Below are positions 8,416 through 16,696 of a DNA stretch of 17,714 nucleotides, piece by piece (positions within the stretch are counted from its first letter, which is position 1; the number at the start of each line of letters is the position of its first letter). The notes under the pieces are model-generated. The model worked only from the letters and a program-made list of their open reading frames with translations, did not search any database and was not told the origin of the DNA. The position numbers were made by a program, and so were the translations under genes. Source of the DNA: Candidatus Dadabacteria bacterium (GTDB lineage: Bacteria > Desulfobacterota_D > UBA1144 > Nemesobacterales > CSP1-2); contig PSLL01000030.1 of NCBI GenBank assembly GCA_040289575.1, positions 7,064 to 24,777 on the forward strand, in the 5' to 3' direction.

Positions 8416-9003
8416 TCATAAATAGAGGCTATAGAATTCAAACCTTCTTTCCCAATCCTCAAGGTTGTAAGATGCAATTACAAGGTCTTTATGCTCTCCA
8501 CTCTCCTCACATTTAACATAGCAATTAAACACCGCTTCTGGTCTGAAGCTCAAGTTATCTAGTATTCTGATAAAACTCTTACTGTCAGGTGTAAATCGTA
8601 CAATAATCTTTTCAAAGCCGTGCTTTAATCCCTCTGCTAAAAGAGCCTTAAACATTTGGGAACCCAGTCCCTTTCCTCTATGATCCGGGTCTACAATTAG
8701 CTTGATCTCTACCGCATGTTGCCAGTAAAGCCCCTCTTTATGGAGTGTCCCGTTTGCTATAATCTCACCGCTCTTTATGGCAACCAGTTGGAGGATCTTT
8801 TTATACATGGAGTTTGTAAACCAGCTTTCTATGGTCTCTAAATTTCTCACATCATCCTTGTAAATTAGGAGATCCGATTCCGGTATCTTGGAGAAGAATT
8901 TGGATAAATTCTCTAGGTTTCCTTCCTCAAGGGGTCTGAGTATTATTTTTGTTGCATTCTTAAGTACTAATTCTTTGGGATACACAACTTCAAATTTACG
9001 CAA
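8416..9003 (-). CDS. GNAT-family N-acetyltransferase
   Basis: Acetyl-CoA binding motif A VDPDHRGKGLGSQM; N-terminal YPKELVLKN...LRPL. Real start may be GTG 8985. Confidence 0.88.
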   Translation of the reverse strand: MRKFEVVYPKELVLKNATKIILRPLEEGNLENLSKFFSKIPESDLLIYKDDVRNLETIESWFTNSMYKKILQLVAIKSGEIIANGTLHKEGLYWQHAVEIKLIVDPDHRGKGLGSQMFKALLAEGLKHGFEKIIVRFTPDSKSFIRILDNLSFRPEAVFNCYVKCEESGEHKDLVIASYNLEDWERRFEFYSLYL

Positions 9004-9014
9004 GGTTTATGCCA
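9000..9014 (-). promoter_or_regulatory. Sigma-54 -24/-12 promoter (GNAT-kinase-regulator direction)
   Basis: TGGCATAAACCTTGC: GG-N10-GC, close to the TGGCAC-N5-TTGC consensus. Confidence 0.75.
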
Positions 9015-9213
9015 TAAGTGGTTTCCGTGTCTTACTAAAGCTATATATCCAAATCCGATGAAAAGGTGCTAGGGTGTAAGACCTCGGCAAGGTGCATTAA
9101 TTATTAGGAAATCCAAGGCTAAAAATGAGATGAACAATTTTGTAAATCATAAGCCAATGATCTTTCAAGGATTTTAGTGGAGTGAAAAAATGAATAAATT
9201 GATGTAAAAAAAT

Positions 9214-9238
9214 CGTCCTATTATTGGACAACTGACAC
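9214..9238 (-). promoter_or_regulatory. Candidate enhancer (bEBP upstream activator sequence)
   Basis: Minus strand GTGTCAGT-TGTC-CAATAATAG-GACG, matching the motif at 10462-10486; lies between divergent sigma-54 promoters. Confidence 0.6.
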
Positions 9239-9289
9239 GGTGTTTGGTTTATCTATAATTCTAAATCTAATTATCCTTAAATTACTCAA

Positions 9290-9304
9290 TGGAATAAAAT
9301 TTGC
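9290..9304 (+). promoter_or_regulatory. Sigma-54 -24/-12 promoter (ATPase direction)
   Basis: TGGAATAAAATTTGC: GG (9291-92), N10, GC (9303-04), about 70 nt upstream of ATG 9376. Confidence 0.6.
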
Positions 9305-9375
9305 CCATTTGCACACTCTTAAAATGTTTTTTGACTAATCATAATTATATATATCATTCATAGTAAATAAGATAG

Positions 9376-10440
9376 ATGAAAAATCTAAGACAACCGGATC
9401 CCGGGAAGTCAATATTAAGGCATAGACAGGGTGCCTTTACAGTTTTTACTATTGCCGCAATTCTGCCGCACCTTATACTGCGATTTGGTTTAAAAACAGA
9501 TACCGAGATTTATGGTTTGTCTCCGAGCGAAATGCCCCTTATTGCCAGTCCAAATTAACCGAGATTATTCCATCTCCAAGTTTTAAAGAGAAAGAGGTTC
9601 TTCATCTTGTTGCCAGTCTGGAATGTTATTCCAAGCATCCTCTATCCGGTGCAATGCTCAGTGCGGCGAAGAATGCCGACTTGAATCTACTGGAGGCAAG
9701 TGAGATTAGTGAGCGTCCTGGAGAGGGGCTGAGTGGAACTATAGACAGGTGCAAAATCTGGATTACCAGCCGCGGTAAACTCGTAGCTCAATATCCTGAG
9801 ATGGCAGATAAGATACCGCCTTCATCGGGAGGCCTCGAATGTGTAATTATGATTGATGGTTCCTATGCCGGAACGTTCCGTTTTAGAGACCAACTGTGTA
9901 CCGATGGGGCTTCTTTTATACATCACCTGAAACCAAAACACGGTTTTGAAAGGGTTATGGTTGTTTCCAGAGATCGGGAGTCTGAAGTATGTTATCCGGC
10001 TGATCAGGTTGGAATTAAGGAAATATATTCCGGTCAAAGCCCGAAGCAAAAACTAGAACTGGTTCGCGAGGAAACTAGATGGGCAAAAACCGTTTTTGTG
10101 GGAGACGGCATTAATGATGCGCTAGCCCTTTACCACGGCTACAGTGGGGATTGCGTTTGGTCAGCAAAGTGACATCACAGCTGAAGCGGCAGGAGCAGTA
10201 GTCATGGAAAACTCTCTCAAGAAGGTTGACGAGTTTCTGCATGTCAGCAGACGTATGCGATCTATTGCACTTCAAAGCGCTGTAGGAGGTATGACTTTGA
10301 GTATGTTCGGTATGATCTTAGCCGCTGGGGGTTATCTGCCCTCAGTTGCCGGAGCTATTGCTCAAGAAATTATTGATGTCTTTGCGGTTATAAACGCGTT
10401 GCGTGTATCATTTCCTCCCAAATCCCTTTCTGATTATTAG
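9376..10440 (+). pseudogene. P1B-5-type heavy-metal P-type ATPase pseudogene
   Basis: N-terminal TM fragment (9376-9550) is joined out of frame to KLTEI...SKHPL (N domain). SRD replaces S/TGD. GDGIND is followed by a frameshift. C-terminal [14 protein letters not shown] and [11 protein letters not shown] are P1B-5 helix signatures. TGE, TPCP and DKTGT regions are absent. Confidence 0.88.
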
Positions 10441-10461
10441 TTCGTGGATAAACAAATCCGG

Positions 10462-10486
10462 GTGTCAGATGTCTTAAATTCTGACA
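10462..10486 (+). promoter_or_regulatory. Candidate enhancer (bEBP upstream activator sequence)
   Basis: GTGTCAGA-TGTC-TTAAATTCT-GACA, about 77 bp upstream of a sigma-54 GG; IHF-like TTTCAA-CAAA-TTA at 10533-10545 lies in between. Confidence 0.65.
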
Positions 10487-10561
10487 TATATGACTTTTCT
10501 AAAAATGGAATTCCTCAAACAAATCTTAAATATTTCAACAAATTATATATATTGAATTTAG

Positions 10562-10577
10562 CGGTATATAGTTTGCT
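10562..10577 (+). promoter_or_regulatory. Sigma-54 -24/-12 promoter of the USP/PHA operon
   Basis: CGGTATATAGTTTGCT: GG (10563-64), N10, GC (10575-76). Confidence 0.7.
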
Positions 10578-10661
10578 AAAAGACTATAGAGATTAGTGGA
10601 AAGAAATCAGTATAATCATAAGTTGGAGAGCAGAGAAGATTAAGGGGTGTTATGAGGAGTA

Positions 10662-11383
10662 ATGATGATTAATAGGATATTATGGGCTTGTGACGGATCT
10701 AAAGACTCAATCCAGACATTGGGGTATGCGGAGATTTTAGCAACGAGGTTTAAGTCAGAGATATTGGGTCTTTTTGTCATACCCGATTACTACAATGTGG
10801 CGGAAAAGATTCCTTCAGATGAGAAGGATAAATTTATTAAGTGGGTTGAGGAGACCAGATCAAGAGAAAGGAAAACACTTGAGGACATTGCGAGAGATTT
10901 TAAGGAAAAAGGAATTAGGTTCGGAATCGAGGTCACAAGCGGTATTCCTTACAAAGGGATTCTTAGAGTCGCCGATAGGAATAAAGCAGACCTTATTGCT
11001 ATGGGGAAGGGAAGGCTAGTCGGTGAGTCTATTCTGGGGGGGACGGCGCTTAAGGTTCTAAGGCAATCCCCGGTCCCGGTTTTAACTGCTAGAGAGGGTA
11101 ACAAGAGCCCAGATATAAAGAAAATATTAGTACCCACGGATACATCTCCCAGGGCATCAAAATCACTTAAGTACACGGTTGAGTTATTAAAAGAATTTAG
11201 TGCGAACATCTACCTGCTTAATATAGTTGAGGTTGGAGAGTATGATCTTCCGATTGAGATAGTCGAAAGGATGAAGGGATTTTCCTTCAGGGAGATTGAG
11301 GAGAATATAGGAAAGACCTCAGTAGTATTGCGGAGAAGGTCATTCAGGAAGCATCATGCCCTGTTATAACAATGAAGCCTTAA
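10662..11383 (+). pseudogene. Tandem-domain universal stress protein, second domain internally deleted and frameshifted
   Basis: Domain 1 intact (RILWACDGS...DLIAMG...LGGTALKVLRQSPVPVL). Domain 2 breaks after NIGKT (about 11317). The true C-terminus SSIAEKVIQEASCPVITMKP* is in another frame at 11321-11383. Confidence 0.85.
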
Positions 11384-11425
11384 TCGAAGATTAGGCACGC
11401 ATCATGGTGCCTCACGGGGGTCTTT

Positions 11426-12319
11426 ATGGAGATAAAAAAAATTCTCTGGGCATCCGATGGCTCAAATGAATCTGAGGAGGCCTTAAGGTACGTAGAGTTA
11501 TTTGCAAACAAGTACGGTTCTGAAGTTGTTGGTCTGAGTGTGATTCAGCCCGTCGATTTAAGTGGCCTAAAGGTTACTTCCGAGATAAAAAAAGAGTTGG
11601 TCTCAATCCAGGCAACCCTAGAGAGAAGGGAGTATGAGAGGATCAAAAAAGCCCTGGAACAACTCGAACCAATGGAGATAAAATGGGATATAAATATTAG
11701 GACAGGTGTGCCGCATGAGGAGATTCTTAAGGTTGCCGAGGAAGAAAAGGTTGATTTGATTGTGATGGGAAAGCGGGGATTGGGACTTAAGGATAGAATT
11801 CTCATCGGGAGCAATACGAACAAGGTTTTAAGGGCGGCAAAGGTGCCTGTTTTAGCCGTAAGACATAAAAAGGGGAATAGATATAAGACTGATATAAAGA
11901 AGGTACTGGTTCCTACGGACTTATCGGAATCTACATCTATATCATTAGACATTGCCGTGGATTTAGCCGAGAGGTTTCATTCTGCAGTCTATCTCCTCCA
12001 CGTTATAGAGCTTCACCATAGCTATGAAAACTCGGCTGGTAGAGTGATAGAGGAGCTATGGACTCTGGCGATAAAAGAATTGAAGCTTCAACAGACTAGA
12101 ATCCCTGAAGAAAAGATAAAAGGGATTAACGTGTATGAAAAGGTAACCCTGTTCTTGAGAGCCTGGTTTGGTGTAGTGGATTTTGCGGAGAAAAAAGGGA
12201 TTGATCTTATTGTTATGACTACACATGGAAGAAAGGGTTTTTCAAGGTTTATTTTGGGAAGTGTGACTGAAAAGGTTATAAGTGAGTCTCCGTGTTCGGT
12301 TTTAGCAATAAAGCCCTAA
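11426..12319 (+). CDS. Tandem-domain universal stress protein
   Basis: Two Usp domains with DLIVMGKRG...IGSNT and DLIVMTTHGRKG...LGSVTEKV motifs. Confidence 0.95.
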   Translation: MEIKKILWASDGSNESEEALRYVELFANKYGSEVVGLSVIQPVDLSGLKVTSEIKKELVSIQATLERREYERIKKALEQLEPMEIKWDINIRTGVPHEEILKVAEEEKVDLIVMGKRGLGLKDRILIGSNTNKVLRAAKVPVLAVRHKKGNRYKTDIKKVLVPTDLSESTSISLDIAVDLAERFHSAVYLLHVIELHHSYENSAGRVIEELWTLAIKELKLQQTRIPEEKIKGINVYEKVTLFLRAWFGVVDFAEKKGIDLIVMTTHGRKGFSRFILGSVTEKVISESPCSVLAIKP

Positions 12320-12349
12320 AAAGTTAACATTAAAATAGGAGAGAAACAG

Positions 12350-12760
12350 ATGACAGAGGTAAAGAGAAAAACTCCAGAAGTTAGTATATCACGGCTGATT
12401 GAAGAACTCGGTCGGATAGGCATCGAGAATTACATGAAGGGACTTGAGTTCTTAATGTCCGTTTGGGGGGATAACTTAAACCTGTTTAATAAGCAGGTTG
12501 ATCTGTTGGTTAGTGCCCAAGAGGATTATACCCAAGTAATTAAAGATTTATATAATAGGTTAACTCCGCAACACCTATACGGCCAAGATTCAAAAGGAAT
12601 AACTACCCAGATCGAGCGCATGTTTGTCATTCAGAGGGATTATATAAATGAGATGAGAAATACATTTAATAGAACCTTCAAAAACGTGATAGGTCTTAAC
12701 CAAAATGACTTAGAAAAATTTATCTCTCTCTTTGTAAAGTATCTGGATCTCTTAGGATGA
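12350..12760 (+). CDS. Small helical protein, phasin-like (PHA granule-associated) candidate
   Basis: 136 aa, SD AGGAGA, amphipathic helical pattern, few Pro and no Cys; upstream of PHA-metabolism genes. Function is inferred. Confidence 0.6.
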   Translation: MTEVKRKTPEVSISRLIEELGRIGIENYMKGLEFLMSVWGDNLNLFNKQVDLLVSAQEDYTQVIKDLYNRLTPQHLYGQDSKGITTQIERMFVIQRDYINEMRNTFNRTFKNVIGLNQNDLEKFISLFVKYLDLLG

Positions 12761-12904
12761 AAAAATGCTGAGAAAAGTACTACAGCGTGCGATTTTAGCC
12801 CTGAAACCATGGGTAATTCGGCAAATATCTGAAACAGAATCTCAGCAACTAAGACTAATTATAAAATATCCCTAATGGGATTGTGTTTTAGGTTTAAGAG
12901 TCCT

Positions 12905-13417
12905 ATGATAGATAGAGTGTGCTTTTTTCTGTTCCAGACTCCCAAAGAAAGCGCTGGGAGAAGTGGAATAGCGTCCCATCCTACAATGAGGTATATATTA
13001 AAGCCAAGGAGACACTGGGTCCTGATCCGTATAAAAGCCAAAACGACCGGATTTTTATTGTTTATAGGGCTTGGGGACATACATTTAATCCTTTTTATGT
13101 AGAAATCTTTACGTACAAGACTTGGTGGTTCATGAGAGGACCGGAGGCTTATAATGCTATGACATACAAACTAATATTAAGGGTGAAGGTTCTGATTCTC
13201 TATTTAAGGCGAAGATGACGACATACTCGATCCATGGGAGGCTAAAGAATTATCCCGTCTGGTTTGTGAATCGAGGAATTCTGACGTAACGGTGAGATAC
13301 ATACCAAAAGCCGGCCATGATTGTATGGAAAACTTTGACGAAACTGTAAGAACCATAGTCAATTGGGTTTATTCTCTTGATTCAAAAGGAGATAAAAAGG
13401 ATAACAATAACCCGTGA
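12905..13417 (+). pseudogene. Alpha/beta-hydrolase C-terminal relic
   Basis: ORF 12919-13218 ends RVKVLILY. A shifted frame at 13208-13417 continues GEDDDILDPWEAKEL...YIPKAGHDCMENFDETVRTIVNW (acid and His motifs). No nucleophile-elbow region was found. Confidence 0.65.
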
Positions 13418-13466
13418 ACAAAAATATATGTGTGTTAAGATAAATAAAAAGCCAAGGAGATAAATA

Positions 13467-13898
13467 ATGGATATACGAAAGATACTTTTCCCTACTGATT
13501 TTTCCCTATATTCGAAAAAGGCGAGGGAATACACGCTCTATTTAGGAGAAAGACTCAATGCGAGCATATACATACTCCATGCTATAGAGCCTTTAGACTA
13601 CCCCGATGTAGATGAGGAGATCAAGCGATTCTATAAAGGACTCGAAGCCCAGATGGAAGACAAGCTAAAGGAAGAGAAAAAAATCTTTGAGAAAAAAGGG
13701 CTTCGAACCGAGACAAATATAGTTATAGGGTCGCGCTGGCGTGTCATCAATACATTCGCAAAAGAGAAGAATATTGATCTAATCATAATGGGTTCTCATG
13801 GGCTTAAAACTGAAACCGGTCAGGTTGTTATAGGAACCACAAGTCATAAGGTGATTTTTTCATCACCCTGCCCGGTCTTGTTGGTGAGATACGAATGA
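13467..13898 (+). CDS. Universal stress protein (single domain)
   Basis: KILFPTDFS...DLIIMGSHG...IGTTSHKVIFSSPCPVLLV; SD AAGGAGA. Confidence 0.95.
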   Translation: MDIRKILFPTDFSLYSKKAREYTLYLGERLNASIYILHAIEPLDYPDVDEEIKRFYKGLEAQMEDKLKEEKKIFEKKGLRTETNIVIGSRWRVINTFAKEKNIDLIIMGSHGLKTETGQVVIGTTSHKVIFSSPCPVLLVRYE

Positions 13899-14153
13899 TA
13901 AAAGCTCAGCATAGCGCTTGGCGTGGCCAAGACCGATGCGCTGAGAAGGTGGCGATTTGTAGGACTCATCCACTCTTACAATCCACCATATGGGGATTCG
14001 GCTCAATTTATCAAGGCGAGTTCTTTCCCGGATAGGCAAGACGGTGATTTAGTGATAACAGACTTTATGAAGGCACATTTCTGCAAGCCCCCGAATTCTA
14101 CCGACATAAGATTCAGTAAACCATAGAGGGCAAATAATATAGAGAGGGCAAGA

Positions 14154-15281
14154 ATGATGAAAGAAGAAAAACACGAGCTTTTCAAGTTCCCTGAGGTCGG
14201 TGTTCCGTTCCTTTGGCCGTTTGCGTTCTTTCTCGGATTGGAAAAGGCGGGACTAGAGGTGCTCAGAGATAATATCAAGTTTTTAAGGGAGGTTGATAAA
14301 ACACAGGTCGAAAGACCGGAGCCTAAGTGGGCAACGAAGAATAAGATAATACTCAATCTACATACAATGAATCTGAGGGACTTTTCTATTGAGAGCAAGG
14401 GTATATACACACTTATTGTTGCCCCTTTTGCTGGTCATACATCAATCATAGCCGATTTTCATAAAGGGCAGAGCCTTGTTGAGGCTTTGATTGAGAACGG
14501 GATTAAGAGGGTGTGCGTTACGGAGTGGAAAAGCGCGACTGGGGCAATGAAGGATTATGATATTGATATATATCTAGGTGAATTAAACACATGCGTTGAT
14601 GATTTGGGTGGGGTCGTGAATCTAGTTGGTCTGTGTCAGGGTGGGTGGCTCTCTACAATGTATGCTGCGAGGTTTCCCAAGAAGGTGAATACACTCGTTC
14701 TTGCAGGAGCGCCGATAGATACAGGGGCTGGGAAAAGTAAGATTAAGGATTACGCACATACCTTCCCAATGGAATTCTATGAAGAACTCGTTGTACTGGG
14801 AGGGGGTATTTTAAAGGGGAAATTCATGCTTGAGGGGTTTAAAAGCATGCATCCGGAGAAGCAGTATTTCGAGAAGTTCGTAGAACTGTATGAGCACATT
14901 AATGATCCCAAATACGTTAAGAGGTTCGAGGCATTCGAGAGGTGGTACGAATATACGATTGATCTTCCCGGGAGGTGGTATCTTCAGGTAATTAGGGAGC
15001 TGTTTAAAGAGAATAGGCTATTCAAAGGAAAGTTTGTAGGGCTTGGAAAGAGGCTAGACCTAAGAGACATAAAGCACCCTGTATATCTGTTGGCAGGGGA
15101 GAAGGATGATATAACACCCAAGGAGCAGGTTTTTAATGCCGAAAGGCGCCTCGGAACTGCCAAAAGCAAAGTTGTAAAGGATACAGCGGCCGGTGGACAT
15201 ATAGGTCTTTTTATGGGATCAAAGCCTCTTAGGGAGAATTGGCCAAAGATTGCCAAATGGATAAAAAGATATTCGGAATAG
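14154..15281 (+). CDS. PHA depolymerase/synthase-like alpha/beta hydrolase (Cys nucleophile)
   Basis: IVAPFAGH, GLCQGG nucleophile elbow, LAGAPID, AGEKDDITP (Asp), GGHIGLFMG (His); resembles intracellular PHB depolymerase and PhaC-like proteins. Confidence 0.85.
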   Translation: MMKEEKHELFKFPEVGVPFLWPFAFFLGLEKAGLEVLRDNIKFLREVDKTQVERPEPKWATKNKIILNLHTMNLRDFSIESKGIYTLIVAPFAGHTSIIADFHKGQSLVEALIENGIKRVCVTEWKSATGAMKDYDIDIYLGELNTCVDDLGGVVNLVGLCQGGWLSTMYAARFPKKVNTLVLAGAPIDTGAGKSKIKDYAHTFPMEFYEELVVLGGGILKGKFMLEGFKSMHPEKQYFEKFVELYEHINDPKYVKRFEAFERWYEYTIDLPGRWYLQVIRELFKENRLFKGKFVGLGKRLDLRDIKHPVYLLAGEKDDITPKEQVFNAERRLGTAKSKVVKDTAAGGHIGLFMGSKPLRENWPKIAKWIKRYSE

Positions 15282-15304
15282 TCTGGGAGGGAACAATATT
15301 TATT

Positions 15305-16696
15305 ATGGAATATATTGAGAACAAAACATTTGATGAGATAAAGGTGGGCGATTCGGCAAGCCTTGTCCGCACCCTGACAATGAATGACATTGACCTTTTT
15401 GCATTGATGTCGGGCGACATCAACCCCGCCCGTGTTAGAGCGCAATGGTTCCATAGAATCATTGCCCATGGTATGTGGGATGGGTCGTTGATCTCTGTGT
15501 CGTTGATCTCTGTGCTGATTGGAACGAAACTGCCAGGCCCCGGCACTATCTATCTCAGTCATACATTGGGTTTTAAAAAGCCGGTCATACCAGGGGATAC
15601 ACTCACCGTAACGGTAACCGTCACGGTGAAGGACGAGAAAACGCACCTCGTCAAGTTAGACTGTCAATGTGTAAATCAAAACGGTGATATAGTCATTAGC
15701 GGCAGCGCCGAGGTTATTGCCCCAACAGAAAAGATAAAACTCCCACGTGTAATACTTCCAGAGGTACATATGCACAACCATGGTGCGCGTTATAGGCAAT
15801 TAATTGATCTTACCAAAGGCTTAGAACCGATTCGTACGGCAGTTGTCCATCCGGTTGACAGAAATTCGCTTCTTGGAGCGATTGATGCGGCGGAGGCTAA
15901 ATTAATTATTCCTGTCCTTGTTGGGCCTGACTCTAAGATTCGTGCCGTTGCTGAAATCGAAGGTATAGATTTGTCGTCTTACGAATTAGTCACGACAAAG
16001 CACAGCCACGAAGCGGCCGCAAGAGCCGTAGCTATGGCCCGCGCCAGTGAGGTTGAAGCCCTGATGAAGGGCAGCTTGCATACAGATGAATTAATGCAAG
16101 AAGTGGTTGATAAGGACACCGGGCTCCGCACCGAACGCCGGATAAGCCATGTCTTTGTAATGGATGTTCCCACATATCCACGTCCTCTGCTTATTACGGA
16201 TGCAGCTATTAACATCTATCCCGATCTGGAAGATAAACGTGACATTGTACAGAACGCTATTGATCTGGCTATTGCCTTGGGAATCGAAAACCCAAGGGTT
16301 GCGATACTCTCAGCCGTTGAAACGGTAACCCCTAAGATTCAATCCACTCTAGAGGCGGCGGCTTTGTGTAAGATGGCGGATCGCAAGCAAATTACAGGGG
16401 GAATAGTTGACGGTCCGCTTGCATTTGATAATGCAATTTCTGAGGAGGCGGCGAGGATAAAGGGCATCGTTTCACCGGTTGCTGGTAAAGCCGACATCCT
16501 GGTGGTGCCTGATCTTGAGTCCGGCAATATGCTGGCAAAACAGTTGGAGTACTTGGCTGAGGCGCAGTCTGCGGGGATTGTGCTTGGGGCGCGTGTGCCG
16601 ATTGCGCTGACCAGTCGAGCAGACAATACATTGAGTCGAATGGCCTCTTGTGCAATCGCCCTGTTGTTGGCACGCAAGAGGAGGTCAAAGCTATGA
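15305..16696 (+). CDS. pta: Bifunctional MaoC (R)-enoyl-CoA hydratase / phosphate acetyl(butyryl)transferase
   Basis: Start ATG 15305 after GGGAGG; MaoC-like ENKTFDEIKVGD...AHGM...LPGPGTIY; PTA/PTB motifs LMKGSLHTD, TDAAINIYP, DGPLAFDNA, GNMLAK, LTSRAD. The MaoC catalytic motif looks damaged. Confidence 0.93.
   Translation: MEYIENKTFDEIKVGDSASLVRTLTMNDIDLFALMSGDINPARVRAQWFHRIIAHGMWDGSLISVSLISVLIGTKLPGPGTIYLSHTLGFKKPVIPGDTLTVTVTVTVKDEKTHLVKLDCQCVNQNGDIVISGSAEVIAPTEKIKLPRVILPEVHMHNHGARYRQLIDLTKGLEPIRTAVVHPVDRNSLLGAIDAAEAKLIIPVLVGPDSKIRAVAEIEGIDLSSYELVTTKHSHEAAARAVAMARASEVEALMKGSLHTDELMQEVVDKDTGLRTERRISHVFVMDVPTYPRPLLITDAAINIYPDLEDKRDIVQNAIDLAIALGIENPRVAILSAVETVTPKIQSTLEAAALCKMADRKQITGGIVDGPLAFDNAISEEAARIKGIVSPVAGKADILVVPDLESGNMLAKQLEYLAEAQSAGIVLGARVPIALTSRADNTLSRMASCAIALLLARKRRSKL
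15485..15514 (+). repeat. Perfect 15-bp tandem duplication in the MaoC domain
   Basis: TCGTTGATCTCTGTG x2, encoding SLISV-SLISV. Confidence 0.95.

Noticed and set aside
9007..9015. In-frame ATG-GCA-TAA upstream of the GNAT, as a minigene or nonsense mutation
   Set aside because: Better explained as part of the sigma-54 TGGCAT -24 box.
11393..11412. AGGCAC-N8-GTGCCT inverted repeat, also resembling a sigma-54 site
   Set aside because: The -12 position is GG rather than GC, and the 6-bp stem has no U-tract; too weak to call a promoter or terminator.
13923..14126. 67-aa plus-strand ORF between the USP and the PHA hydrolase
   Set aside because: No SD or recognisable motif; may be another gene relic but cannot be supported.
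15239..15304. Upstream TTG start for MaoC-Pta
   Set aside because: It overlaps the previous gene; ATG 15305 has an SD and matches the family N-terminus.
15605..15628. TVTVTVTV coding repeat
   Set aside because: Normal alternating beta-strand of MaoC domains, with non-identical codons.
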